From an uncultured Veillonellaceae bacterium (GTDB taxonomy: Bacteria; Bacillota; Negativicutes; UBA1444): DNA of 64,000 nt. Position numbers and translations under genes: made by a program. Numbering within the stretch: position 1 is the first letter of the stretch; each line of letters begins with the position of its first letter. Below the pieces are notes generated by a model. That model worked only from the letters and a program-made list of their open reading frames with translations, was not told the origin of the DNA and searched no databases. This document shows, piece by piece, positions 18,792 to 28,615 of this stretch. The stretch covers positions 143,801-207,800 of the forward strand of contig CAZFSM010000003.1 of the NCBI GenBank assembly GCA_964521625.1, read 5' to 3'.

Positions 18792-19556
18792 TCAATTCGC
18801 CCCGTCACGCTTAAAAATCACTCCGGTTACTAGCCCGTCGGTTTCCATGACCCGCTGCATCGCCAGCATACGATTGCTGCGATCATAGCCGGCAAGTTCA
18901 TCCACCTTTTTTAGCCGCTGGCTATACCAATCGTAGGTGTTTACTTTATTAAACGTGACGCAGGGGCTGAACACATTAATAAACGAAAACCCGCGATGTC
19001 GAACGCCGGCTTCAATTAAATCGGCCAATTCATTCAGGTCTTTGGAAAAACCCTGAGCGACAAACCCGGCGCCGGCCGACAGCGCCAATTCCAACGCAGA
19101 AACCGGGGTTTCGGTTGAACCATGGGGGCTGGTCTTGGTGACAAAACCACGGTCGCTGCGCGGCGAAACTTGTCCTTTGGTCAATCCATACACGTGATTG
19201 TCCATCACAATATAGGTAATGTCGACATTACGCCGCATCGCGTGTATGGTATGTCCGAGGCCGATGGCAAACCCGTCGCCGTCGCCGCCGCAGGCCAGCA
19301 CAGTCAGTGCCGGGTTAGCCAGTTTCACCCCCTGGGCTAGTGGCAACGACCGACCATGCGTTGAATGAAACCCATAAGCGTTTACATAACCGGGCAAACG
19401 GCTGGAACAGCCGATACCCGACACAATCACCACTTCGTGCGGCATTACGCCAAGATTCCCCAGCGCGCGCTGAATTGCCGCCTGCACTGAAAAATCACCG
19501 CAACCAGGACACCAGTTCTGCTTCACGGCAAATTGAAAATCGGCAGCCGAAGTCAT
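18792..19556 (-). CDS. korB: 2-oxoacid:ferredoxin oxidoreductase beta subunit (TPP-binding)
   Basis: CPGCGDF...GIGCSSR...GGDGD motifs. Start MTSAADF, ATGA-coupled to the alpha subunit. Confidence 0.85.
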   Translation of the reverse strand: MTSAADFQFAVKQNWCPGCGDFSVQAAIQRALGNLGVMPHEVVIVSGIGCSSRLPGYVNAYGFHSTHGRSLPLAQGVKLANPALTVLACGGDGDGFAIGLGHTIHAMRRNVDITYIVMDNHVYGLTKGQVSPRSDRGFVTKTSPHGSTETPVSALELALSAGAGFVAQGFSKDLNELADLIEAGVRHRGFSFINVFSPCVTFNKVNTYDWYSQRLKKVDELAGYDRSNRMLAMQRVMETDGLVTGVIFKRDGAN

Positions 19557-21301
19557 TTCAGCACCTCCCTGCATCCCGCAACAATTTCGGTTGGGCGAAA
19601 TGGATTTCCGTCGTATTTGAGTACGGAACGGATCGACCGCGGATGGCGGCAATGCAATTGGATCAAGGATGACAGCTGCGCCGTGGCGTTATGTTCCACA
19701 ACCACCACCTGCGTCGCAGCGTCGAGAAGAGGTTGTAGCAATTTTGCCGGAAACGGCTGCAGCAAACGGATCTGTACCTGATTGACGGTCACGCCATCCT
19801 GCCTTAGCCGAAATGCCGCCTCCGCCACCGCGCCCGTAGCACCGCCGATAGTAATCAACAATAACTGTGAATGCACAGTAGGAGCATCAACCCGAATCGG
19901 TCCAGGAAATCGCTCGATGACCGTAGTCATTTTCCGCTGCCGCTTGTCTGTTTGGGCAATGCGGTTAGCGCTCGATTCGGCCGGTCTGCCTGTTTCATCA
20001 TGTTCCAGACCGGTGACATGGTGTATGCCATTTTGTGTTCCCGGCAACACACGTGGCGAAATCCCGTCCGCTGTAACTTGATAGCGTTTATAGTATTGGT
20101 TTTTTTGCAGTTCGGGCAGGGCTTCCGCGGCAATCACTTTACCCCTGTGTAACGACGCCGTGCTCGACTTCACCAAATCCATCGTCTGGGCGCCTGACGA
20201 CAGTTGCATGTCAGACAACAAGATGACCGGGCATTGGTATTCATCCGCCAGATTGAAGGCTTCCTCCGTATCCTGCGCCGCTGTCGCCACCGAATCAAGC
20301 GCCATCACAATCTTGGCCGCATCGCCATGAGGGGCGTAACAGGCCGCTAAAATATCTGACTGTTCATGTTTGGACGGCAACCCGGTGGAGGGTCCGCCAC
20401 GCTGCACATCGATGACGACGAGAGGCGTTTCGGTCATCGCTGCCAACCCAATCGATTCGACCATCAATGAAAATCCCGGACCTGCTGTAGCGGTAAAAGC
20501 CCTGGTCCCCGCATAATTAGCGCCAATCGCCATCATACAGGCGGCAATTTCGTCTTCGGCCTGAATCATGGCGCCGCCCCGCTCCGGCAATTCTTTCACC
20601 ATTATTTCCATGATTTCCGATGCCGGCGTGATCGGATAGGCTGACATAAATCGGGCTCCTGCTTCAAGCGCGCCACGGGCAATTGTTTCGTTGCCCGTCA
20701 GATAGTCGCGCCTGGTTCCATCGCCAGTTGCCAGCTGGAACAGATCGGCCCCTTCGGCGCTTAAGGTTTTTCCATAAGCCCAGCCCGCCTGAAAAGCCTG
20801 ACGGTTTTGCTTGGTCACTTCGCTGGTCTTGGCTTCAAATACTTCCTGCAGCGGCCCTTGCCAACCGGACGACTCCTGACCCAGCAGCGCTACAGTCAGA
20901 CCCACCGCCACCACATTGCGCATTTTTGCATTCCCCGCCTGTACCGCAATTTCCGTCAGCGGAGCGCTGATCAAACGGACTTTGCTCCCTGCGGGCAGGG
21001 TCGCAGCAAACTGCGTATCCGCCACAATCAACCCACTCTCCTGAATTTCGCCGGCGCAAAGCCCGATCGTCTCCTGATCGAGCGCAATCAGCAGATTGAT
21101 GCTATCGGCAATAGAAGCGATCGGCTCGCTACTAATGCGCAGATTATAATTAGTATGTCCGCCGCGAATCCGCGATGAAAATACCCGATAGCCATATAGA
21201 TGAAAGCCGGACTGCGTCAACCCTCGAGCCATCAGATCACCGGCGCTTTCAATCCCTTCTCCCTGCTGTCCGCCGATTTTCCAGGAAACTTGCTGCAACA
21301 T
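19553..21301 (-). CDS. korA: 2-oxoacid (2-oxoglutarate):ferredoxin oxidoreductase alpha subunit
   Basis: 582 aa KorA-like sequence (pyruvate-flavodoxin oxidoreductase domains I/III). Confidence 0.85.
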   Translation of the reverse strand: MLQQVSWKIGGQQGEGIESAGDLMARGLTQSGFHLYGYRVFSSRIRGGHTNYNLRISSEPIASIADSINLLIALDQETIGLCAGEIQESGLIVADTQFAATLPAGSKVRLISAPLTEIAVQAGNAKMRNVVAVGLTVALLGQESSGWQGPLQEVFEAKTSEVTKQNRQAFQAGWAYGKTLSAEGADLFQLATGDGTRRDYLTGNETIARGALEAGARFMSAYPITPASEIMEIMVKELPERGGAMIQAEDEIAACMMAIGANYAGTRAFTATAGPGFSLMVESIGLAAMTETPLVVIDVQRGGPSTGLPSKHEQSDILAACYAPHGDAAKIVMALDSVATAAQDTEEAFNLADEYQCPVILLSDMQLSSGAQTMDLVKSSTASLHRGKVIAAEALPELQKNQYYKRYQVTADGISPRVLPGTQNGIHHVTGLEHDETGRPAESSANRIAQTDKRQRKMTTVIERFPGPIRVDAPTVHSQLLLITIGGATGAVAEAAFRLRQDGVTVNQVQIRLLQPFPAKLLQPLLDAATQVVVVEHNATAQLSSLIQLHCRHPRSIRSVLKYDGNPFRPTEIVAGCREVLK

Positions 21302-21324
21302 TTAACCCATCTCCTCAAAAGAAA

Positions 21325-21369
21325 AAGGAGGTCTGGGCACTCCGCGCATTGACGGTTCCAGACCTCTTT
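21325..21369 (-). terminator. hairpin terminator after tctC
   Basis: GAGGTCTGG...CCAGACCTC stem with T-run on the minus strand. Confidence 0.45.
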
Positions 21370-21381
21370 CCTTCAACAAAT

Positions 21382-22368
21382 TTATTTTTTCCCCATACCC
21401 GCTTGGGTCAGAAGAGCCTTGAACAAGATAGCTTGTTCGGCAATGAATTTCTGGTAATCCGCGCTCGACATATAGGCAATGCCGAAATTGCCTTTGTCCA
21501 TGAATTCAATGTATTTCGGATCTTCCGTAGCTTTCTTGAATGCATCATGCAATGTTTGCGCCACAGCATCCGGGGTCTTGTTAGGAACACCCAGTCCGCG
21601 CCATGTCATGATGTTTACGTCCACACCTTTTTCCTTGGCTGTAGGGATGTCGGGGAATGCCTTAACCCGGTCTTTACCCATAATTGCCAGGAATTTAAGC
21701 TTGCCAGCCTTGACATGCTGACTGACTTCCGCTGCACTGACGGTAACAGCGTCAATATGCCCACCAAGCAAATCGGTGATTGCCGGCGCAGCGCCGCCCG
21801 GATAGGGCATGAGATTGAATTTGACTCCGGCTTTTTCCTGAAGGTTTAGTGCCGCCAGATGCCAGATCGCTCCAGGTGCGTTAGCACCCACCTTGACTTT
21901 TCCAGGGTTAGCTTTGGCAGCAGCGATGAACTCTTCGAAGGTCTTGTATGGACTATCCGCTTTGACGGTCAACGCCGACACATCGGAGTTCAGCAGCAAG
22001 AGTGCCTTGAAATCATTCGGATTCCAGTTTACGGCGCCCATCACTGGATTCATGACCAATTCGACTGTGATCATTGTTACGGTATATCCATCCGGAGCTG
22101 CATTGAAACCGTCAGTCATCCCAGTGGCGCCGTTGGCGCCGACCTTGTTGATCACGTTAATCGGTTGCTTTAGAATAGGTTCGGTCGATTTGGCAATGCC
22201 CCGCGCCACAGCATCAGTGCCACCGCCGGCGGCATAGGGAACAATCAATGAAATTGGCTTAGTCGGGAATTTGGGTGCTTCAGCCTTCTTGTCGCCGCTG
22301 CAACCTGCAACAGCCAGTGATGCAAAAGCCAGGATTAGCAGAACTGCCAATATTTTTCGAGACATCAA
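21382..22368 (-). CDS. tctC: tripartite tricarboxylate transporter substrate-binding protein (Bug/TctC family) lipoprotein
   Basis: Lipobox VAGCSG; TctC-family sequence. Confidence 0.8.
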   Translation of the reverse strand: MMSRKILAVLLILAFASLAVAGCSGDKKAEAPKFPTKPISLIVPYAAGGGTDAVARGIAKSTEPILKQPINVINKVGANGATGMTDGFNAAPDGYTVTMITVELVMNPVMGAVNWNPNDFKALLLLNSDVSALTVKADSPYKTFEEFIAAAKANPGKVKVGANAPGAIWHLAALNLQEKAGVKFNLMPYPGGAAPAITDLLGGHIDAVTVSAAEVSQHVKAGKLKFLAIMGKDRVKAFPDIPTAKEKGVDVNIMTWRGLGVPNKTPDAVAQTLHDAFKKATEDPKYIEFMDKGNFGIAYMSSADYQKFIAEQAILFKALLTQAGMGKK

Positions 22369-22461
22369 TTATCATACCCCCCTTTTTTTATCGCCCAGGC
22401 ATCTGAGTTCTGCCACTACTGTGAATTCCTGCCCCGATAACAAGCAAATTCACCTCCCTTT

Positions 22462-22902
22462 TTAAGGCAAAGGCACATTCAACAGGTGGGCAAACAGATA
22501 GTACAATACTCCAGTGGTCATCAGCGAACTCACCGTCAGCTTTTTCCACCAAGTTTTACCATCACCGGACATACGAGCCATATACATTCCCACACCAAAC
22601 AAAAACACCGGCGTGGTTGCCAAAAATCCTAACTGCGGCATAATATACAAATACGCCGCCATAGCAGCGATGCCGACCCAGAAAACGCTGCGAGGTCCCG
22701 CAACAACCTCCGACTCGCTGCGATCCATGACCGTCTGAATCAACAATGCAACTGAAAAGAAAACCAACAGACCGGCGACGAGCTCAGGAAAAAAGGCGGG
22801 TCCCAATGTTAGCTCTTCCACGGGATATTTGCCAGCCGACCTGAACACATATCCAGCCAGTAGCAGCATCAGCACACAAATCAGATAATTATTGTTCCGC
22901 AT
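22462..22902 (-). CDS. tctB: tripartite tricarboxylate transporter TctB family small membrane protein
   Basis: 146 aa, 4 TM, positioned between tctA and tctC. Confidence 0.65.
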   Translation of the reverse strand: MRNNNYLICVLMLLLAGYVFRSAGKYPVEELTLGPAFFPELVAGLLVFFSVALLIQTVMDRSESEVVAGPRSVFWVGIAAMAAYLYIMPQLGFLATTPVFLFGVGMYMARMSGDGKTWWKKLTVSSLMTTGVLYYLFAHLLNVPLP

Positions 22903-22912
22903 ATTGCGCCCC

Positions 22913-24427
22913 CTACTCTTTGGGAACTTCTACACCGAGTCGCTTCGCGATCCGGTTCTGATACCAATCCTGGACCCATGGCCAAACCAGAGTCAGTAGA
23001 CCAACTGCCAACAACCCCAGGGAAATCGGCCGGGTGATAAAAATACTCCAGTCAGAATTCGACATCAACAGCGACCGCCGTAAGTTCTCTTCCGTCATCG
23101 GCCCCAACAATACGCCCAGAATCAGCGGCGCCGTGGGAATGTGCGATTTCTTCATAAAATAGCCCAGAAAACCAAAAACCACTACGGTGTAAGCAGGAAC
23201 CATCGTGCCTTCGGACGCAAAGGTCCCCACCATGCAAAGAATCAGGATCGTAGGCCATAAGATCGGTTTCGGCACCGAGGTCATCTTGGCAAAGTATTTT
23301 GCGCCAAACAACCCAATCGGCAATACCCAAAGATTGGAGATAAACAATCCCAGAAACAGGCCCCACACGATATCCGGATGCTCGGCGAACAACATCGGCC
23401 CCGGGCGTAATCCTTGCAAAATCAAAGCGCCCATCATAATCCCGGTGACTGGGTCACCGGGCACGCCAAGTGTGAGCATCGGGACCAGATCGCCGCCTAC
23501 TACCGAATTGTTGCCGGCTTCAGATGCTGTTATCCCTTCGATTGAACCGTGGCCAAATTCTTCCGGATGCTTGGACCACATTTTTGCCTGTGCCCAGGAA
23601 ATGAACGCGGCGATGTTCGCTCCGGCTGCCGGCATAATTCCGATAAACACGCCGAAAATACAACCAATAATCGTCGGCTTGATCATCTGGCGCAATTCAT
23701 CCTTAGTTAATGACATGTCGTTGACTTCGAACTTTTCCATCACTTCGTTCTTGTCTCCGCCATCCATTTGATACAAAACTTCAGCCAAAGCTGCAGTTCC
23801 AATCATCACTGCCAAAAAAGATACGCCACCGATCAAATCCATCGAACCAAAAGTAAATCTCTCATATCCCGTCATAGGGTCCTGACCGACAACCGCCAGC
23901 AACAAGCCAATCATGCCAGATATGAAGGCTTTAAAAACCGATCCTTCAGACAGGCTGGAAATTACCGCCAAACCAAATACCGCCACCGAAAAATATTCCG
24001 GCGCGCTAAATTTTAGGGCAAATTCCGCCAGCGGCGGCGCTACCAGCATGAGAACCGCCGTGCCGAAAAGACCTGCAACTACCGATGCAATGCAGGCGAT
24101 AGAAATTGCCTTGCCGGCCATGCCTTTCTTGGCCATGGGATAACCGTCAAACGTCGTGCTGACAGCGGAGGGGGTCCCCGGCGTAGCCAGCAGAATTGCC
24201 GGAATCGCGCCGCCAAACATGGCGCCGACATAGATACCCGACAGAAGGAGCAAGGCGCTGACCGGCGAAATGCCAAAGGTAAGCGGCAACAATAAGGCCA
24301 CGGCCATTGTGGCGCTGAGTCCCGGCAGGCAGGATACCGCAATTCCTGCCACTGCGCCAAAAAGAATAAAAAATTGCACTTCAAAGTTAGCTATAGCATG
24401 TAGTCCGAGGAAAAAAGCATCATACAT
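22913..24427 (-). CDS. tctA: tripartite tricarboxylate transporter permease TctA
   Basis: 504 aa polytopic TctA-family sequence. Confidence 0.85.
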   Translation of the reverse strand: MYDAFFLGLHAIANFEVQFFILFGAVAGIAVSCLPGLSATMAVALLLPLTFGISPVSALLLLSGIYVGAMFGGAIPAILLATPGTPSAVSTTFDGYPMAKKGMAGKAISIACIASVVAGLFGTAVLMLVAPPLAEFALKFSAPEYFSVAVFGLAVISSLSEGSVFKAFISGMIGLLLAVVGQDPMTGYERFTFGSMDLIGGVSFLAVMIGTAALAEVLYQMDGGDKNEVMEKFEVNDMSLTKDELRQMIKPTIIGCIFGVFIGIMPAAGANIAAFISWAQAKMWSKHPEEFGHGSIEGITASEAGNNSVVGGDLVPMLTLGVPGDPVTGIMMGALILQGLRPGPMLFAEHPDIVWGLFLGLFISNLWVLPIGLFGAKYFAKMTSVPKPILWPTILILCMVGTFASEGTMVPAYTVVVFGFLGYFMKKSHIPTAPLILGVLLGPMTEENLRRSLLMSNSDWSIFITRPISLGLLAVGLLTLVWPWVQDWYQNRIAKRLGVEVPKE

Positions 24428-24570
24428 AGGCTAGTCGTCACCCCAAAAATGAAATTAAAAACTAAATGGATTTATTCGCCCAATATTTCCAAATTCCTCT
24501 TGCTTTCGCAATTTTCCGAATATCGTTTTTACTCCGTTCAAAGTTCTCATTTGATCGACATGGCAAACAA

Positions 24571-24603
24571 AAAAATACTCCTGCGGATTTCTGCGCAGGA
24601 ATA
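24571..24603 (-). terminator. hairpin terminator after ABC permease
   Basis: TCCTGCG...CGCAGGA with flanking A7/T-run. Confidence 0.4.
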
Positions 24604-24667
24604 TTAATAGGGACAAGATATTTGCATCTAGTACTGCATAATCAAACAAAGCCTTGAGCTCGCATTT

Positions 24668-25459
24668 TCATTTCCATGGAATCAAAATCCGCTCCAGCCA
24701 CTCCAACACTCGGTTAAAAGCCAAACCCAACAGCGATAGCACCAAAACCCCCACCATCAATTTTGTCGTCAGCATCAGATCGCCATAATGAAGCACCATG
24801 GCGCCGATTCCTTCTTTAGCGGCAATCATCTCGGCCGCTACCAGCAACAAAAGGGAAGTACCGGCCGCCAGTTTCAATCCGGCAAAAATCACCGGCAAGG
24901 CCGCTGGCAGAATCACCTTACGGATGATGTTCAACTGGGAAGTTCGGTAACTGACCGCCACTTTAATTAACAAAGGATCGATGTTCTTGACGCCGGAATA
25001 GGTATTGATCACCACCGGAAAAAAAACACCCAGGCTGATAATTGAGATCTTCGACACCTCGCCGATCCCCAGCCAGAGGATAATCAGCGGCAACAACGCA
25101 ATCTTCGGCACCGGATACAACGAATAAATCAGCGGATTTCCCACTGCTTCAGCAAGCTTGGAAAATCCGGTCAAGAGCCCGATCAAAATGCCGGCTATGC
25201 TCCCGACGGCAAACCCCCAGCCGATCCGCTGCAGGCTGGCCTGCAGGTTTACGGCAATTTCGCCGCTGGTTGTCATTTCCCAACCAGTTGCCAAAATCGT
25301 GGTCGGTGACGGCAAGTAAAGGTCTGAAACCAGCCCGGTCATACACAGTGCCTGCCACAACAGCAGCAACACCAATATGCCGACAGGTCCCGCCCAGCGC
25401 GGCGCTTTCTGTTCCATAAACGCCAGTCGGAATTTTACTTCTCGTTCAAAGGAAGCCAT
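24668..25459 (-). CDS. ABC transporter permease, NitT/TauT (SsuC-like) family
   Basis: Start MASFEREV with GGAGG RBS, 4 nt after the ATPase stop. BPD_transp_1 signature region. Confidence 0.8.
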   Translation of the reverse strand: MASFEREVKFRLAFMEQKAPRWAGPVGILVLLLLWQALCMTGLVSDLYLPSPTTILATGWEMTTSGEIAVNLQASLQRIGWGFAVGSIAGILIGLLTGFSKLAEAVGNPLIYSLYPVPKIALLPLIILWLGIGEVSKISIISLGVFFPVVINTYSGVKNIDPLLIKVAVSYRTSQLNIIRKVILPAALPVIFAGLKLAAGTSLLLLVAAEMIAAKEGIGAMVLHYGDLMLTTKLMVGVLVLSLLGLAFNRVLEWLERILIPWK

Positions 25460-25463
25460 GCTT

Positions 25464-26240
25464 TCACACCTCCCTGAGCGCCTCTTCCGCGTCTTTGCGG
25501 ATGAGGGTCCAGATGTGGTCGCAGTAGCCGTTGAAACGGGTGAGATGCTCGACGCCGTCACGTCCCCGGCGCGGCAGTTCAATCGTTAAAATACTGTTGA
25601 TCCGTCCAGGTCGTCTCGACAAAACGACAACCCGATCCGCCAGATAGACCGCTTCCTGAATGTTATGGGTAACATAGAGCGTGCTGAGACGATGCTGCTC
25701 CCATATCCGCAGCAACTCTTCCTGCATCAGGGTGCGCGTCTGGGCATCGAGGGCCGAAAACGGTTCGTCCATCAACAGCAAATCCGGCTGAATCGCCAAT
25801 GTACGGGCGATTCCCGCCCGTTGACGCATCCCGCCGGACAATTGATGCGGATAGGAGTTTTCAAACCCGACCAACCCAACCAGTTCGATGTGGTAACGGA
25901 TGCGTTCCTGTCGTTCTTCGAGTGACAGGGCCATTTCCTCCAAGCCAAAGCCGATATTTTCCCGCACGGTACGCCAGGGGAACAGACCGACTTCCTGAAA
26001 CACCATTCCGACCGAAGGATCGCGGTCTTCCGCCAAGCCTTCGACGAAAATCCGGCCACACGAAGGCGCCAGCAATCCGCCCACCATGTTTAGCAGCGTC
26101 GATTTGCCACAACCGCTGGGTCCTACCAGCACAACAAACTCTTCTTCTTCGATACGCAGGCAGATGTTTTCCAGTGCGGTGACCGGACTCCCGTCCGGCC
26201 CCGCATACTGTTTTCCGACCTGGTCAACAACAATTCTCAT
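25464..26240 (-). CDS. ABC transporter ATP-binding protein, NitT/TauT (SsuB-like) family
   Basis: GPSGCGKST Walker A and LSGGMRQR signature. Confidence 0.85.
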   Translation of the reverse strand: MRIVVDQVGKQYAGPDGSPVTALENICLRIEEEEFVVLVGPSGCGKSTLLNMVGGLLAPSCGRIFVEGLAEDRDPSVGMVFQEVGLFPWRTVRENIGFGLEEMALSLEERQERIRYHIELVGLVGFENSYPHQLSGGMRQRAGIARTLAIQPDLLLMDEPFSALDAQTRTLMQEELLRIWEQHRLSTLYVTHNIQEAVYLADRVVVLSRRPGRINSILTIELPRRGRDGVEHLTRFNGYCDHIWTLIRKDAEEALREV

Positions 26241-27319
26241 TATTTTGCGGCGCCAAGCTTCTGCAGCGCCTCTTCCCAGATTTTACTGTCGACAACCTGG
26301 GCAGCCTGAACCGATTTCTCGATCATTTTATGGTTGAAATACCAGTCGATCTGGGTCTGGATATCGCTGGTCAGTAATTTACCATCCCGGTCCATGTATG
26401 GAAGCCCCAGCTTAATATCCTCCGCAGGCGCACCGGTATATTTGGCAATAATCCCAATAACTTCCTCGAAGTTGGCCCCTGGCGCCAATTTGCCGTCCTT
26501 CTTCACCAGCACAGCGTCATAGTAGTAGCGGCTGGACTTGATGTAAGCCGCCAGAAAACGCATCGCAACATCCCGGTTCTGCATAAAGTCCGGGGCGAAG
26601 AATATCGCTGATGTCTGGTAATCGATCGCATCGCCGACCTGGACCACGACTTTGCCATGTCCGGCTTTCTCGACCTTGGTGATATTGGGCTCGTTCAGGA
26701 TAACCGCGTCAACCTGTTTTCCCTGCAACGCCGCCATGACTGAACTGAGTTTGCCCAGAGGCACGACTTCCACGTCTGTCAGTTTCAGTCCTTTGGTTTC
26801 CAGCAGTCGACCCAGCATATAATGGAAGGTGGAACCGGTCTGGGTAATGCCGATCCGTTTCCCCTTCAAATCTTCCAGTTTCTTGGCACCGCCTTCCCAC
26901 AAGTCGGTGCGCATCAACAGCGCCGAAGAAGAATAGCCCTTCTGTTCACGCCCCTTGTCCGCAACAATTGACAGCTTTTGCCCGCCTGCCACCATGTTGA
27001 ACAAGCTGGCGGTAATTCCAGTAGCGCCAACCTGGACTTTATTCGAGGCTGTAGCCACCGCAATCGGGTGGGCAGCATCAAACCACTGCGGATCGATTTC
27101 AATTCCCTGTTCTTTAAAATAGCCTTTTTCCATGCCGATAAAAATCGGTGCGGTACTGGTCAGTTTCAAAATCCCGACCGAAACTTTCGTGGCCTGTGCC
27201 GGCGCCGCCGGAGCGACCGGTTTCGCCGGTTCTACCGATTTGCCGCAACCAACCAGCAAACTCGCTAAAACAAATAGTATCAGAATCCCAAAGATCAATC
27301 CTTTTTGCTGTTTGTTCAC
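26240..27319 (-). CDS. ABC transporter substrate-binding lipoprotein, NMT1/THI5/SsuA-like
   Basis: Lipobox LLVGCGKS; periplasmic-binding-like sequence. Confidence 0.7.
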   Translation of the reverse strand: MNKQQKGLIFGILILFVLASLLVGCGKSVEPAKPVAPAAPAQATKVSVGILKLTSTAPIFIGMEKGYFKEQGIEIDPQWFDAAHPIAVATASNKVQVGATGITASLFNMVAGGQKLSIVADKGREQKGYSSSALLMRTDLWEGGAKKLEDLKGKRIGITQTGSTFHYMLGRLLETKGLKLTDVEVVPLGKLSSVMAALQGKQVDAVILNEPNITKVEKAGHGKVVVQVGDAIDYQTSAIFFAPDFMQNRDVAMRFLAAYIKSSRYYYDAVLVKKDGKLAPGANFEEVIGIIAKYTGAPAEDIKLGLPYMDRDGKLLTSDIQTQIDWYFNHKMIEKSVQAAQVVDSKIWEEALQKLGAAK

Positions 27320-27671
27320 GCTAAAACTCCCTTTCTACCTTTCTACACTGCTGCCTGTTTATTTACCAAACGAGCTGCGGGCTCATTTGTCCTTGATTAT
27401 ATTACAACAAATTCGTTGCGGCAATAAAGCGAATTCAAAATGCTATGGTAGCATCGCAACACCACAGTGTCCAAAATACAGTACGGCAGATCAAAAAAAC
27501 GTCTACAATCGTCAACATTTTCCTGAGCAAAGCGAAAACCAGAAGGAATAATTCTGCCAAACCCGAATTAATTTCAATATTGCAAAACAACACTAGAATT
27601 GCACCTGCAGGAAAAGATGAGTCCGCATTCACCGCTGAAGTCTATAGTGTTTTTAGAGAGCACTAATAAAT

Positions 27672-27687
27672 TGGCACGATTATTGCA
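27672..27687 (+). promoter_or_regulatory. sigma-54 (RpoN) -24/-12 promoter TGGCACGATTATTGCA
   Basis: Perfect match to the TGGCACG-N4-TTGCW consensus, 83 nt upstream of the MCP-like gene at 27770, in a 450-bp AT-rich intergenic region. Confidence 0.6.
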
Positions 27688-27769
27688 AATAAAATAATAG
27701 TTGTATTTTTTGCCAAAATATTTCATAAGACGAACATGTGCGATTATATTTTAGGGAGGAGAACGATAC

Positions 27770-28615
27770 ATGTCCACTGAAGACAATGCGGTGTTGGAAA
27801 AATTTCTGCATGTGATGCCTCTATTGGGTGCTATGTTCTCGGCCGACATCGGTGTTGCCGTCACTGATCGGGAAAAATATCTGCTATACAAACCCGGGCG
27901 GCAATTGGACCTGAAGATCAGCGCCGGCACCCCACTTAAGGCCGGCACGGCCATCGTTCGCGCCATGAATGAAAATCGCCGCGTATCCGTTCGGGGAGAC
28001 AAAGCTACGTTTGGTTTACCGTACATTGCCACCGCAGTGCCAATTCAGGATAGCAATGGATCGGTCGTCGGCGGCGCCGTCATCATTGAATCGGTCGACC
28101 AGCAGGACAAGCTGACAGAAATGGCGGTCAAACTGGCTGACAGCACCAACACCCTCGCCAGCACCTCGCAGGAAATTTCTGCCCAGACTGAAGAAATCAG
28201 TGCGGTAAGTCGCGCTATGTCATTAGCTGCCAGTCAATCGCAAAACCGCCTGCAAGAAACCGATCAGGTGGTCGGATTGATCAAAGCCATCGCCGGTCAG
28301 ACCAATATGCTTGGCTTAAACGCCGCGATCGAAGCGGCCCGCGTCGGCGAGCAGGGGCGGGGTTTTGGCGTTGTTGCCGAAGAAATCCGCAAATTGGCCG
28401 CCTCGACGGGAGATTCCATCAAGCAAATTGAAGCGACCCTGCGGACGATTCGTGATGACAGCCGGAAGAACTACGAGCAGGCTTGCCGAATCGATGAAGT
28501 CATGCCGCAAATCGCGCAAGCGATCACGCAAGTGGCCGGCACAGTGCAGGAAGTTAATGAGATGGCCCGCAATCTGAATCAAATGGCCGCCGATCTGACT
28601 AAAAACCAGGCTTAA
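27770..28615 (+). CDS. soluble chemoreceptor-like protein: PAS-like N-terminal sensor + methyl-accepting chemotaxis (MCP) signalling domain (paralog 1)
   Basis: Highly conserved MCP core [34 protein letters not shown]. No TM segments. AGGGAGGAG RBS. Confidence 0.8.
   Translation: MSTEDNAVLEKFLHVMPLLGAMFSADIGVAVTDREKYLLYKPGRQLDLKISAGTPLKAGTAIVRAMNENRRVSVRGDKATFGLPYIATAVPIQDSNGSVVGGAVIIESVDQQDKLTEMAVKLADSTNTLASTSQEISAQTEEISAVSRAMSLAASQSQNRLQETDQVVGLIKAIAGQTNMLGLNAAIEAARVGEQGRGFGVVAEEIRKLAASTGDSIKQIEATLRTIRDDSRKNYEQACRIDEVMPQIAQAITQVAGTVQEVNEMARNLNQMAADLTKNQA

Noticed and set aside
27599-27616. NtrC-type enhancer site (TGCACC-N5-GGTGCA) upstream of the sigma-54 promoter
   Set aside because: Only one half-site (TGCACC) matches. 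The partner is CTGCAGG, part of a CCTGCAGG palindrome instead.
27132-27666. Small ORFs 27132..27551, 27435..27632 and 27445..27666 in the spacer upstream of MCP paralog 1
   Set aside because: AT-rich and low-complexity, with no RBS. The region is better explained as a regulatory intergenic spacer with the sigma-54 promoter.
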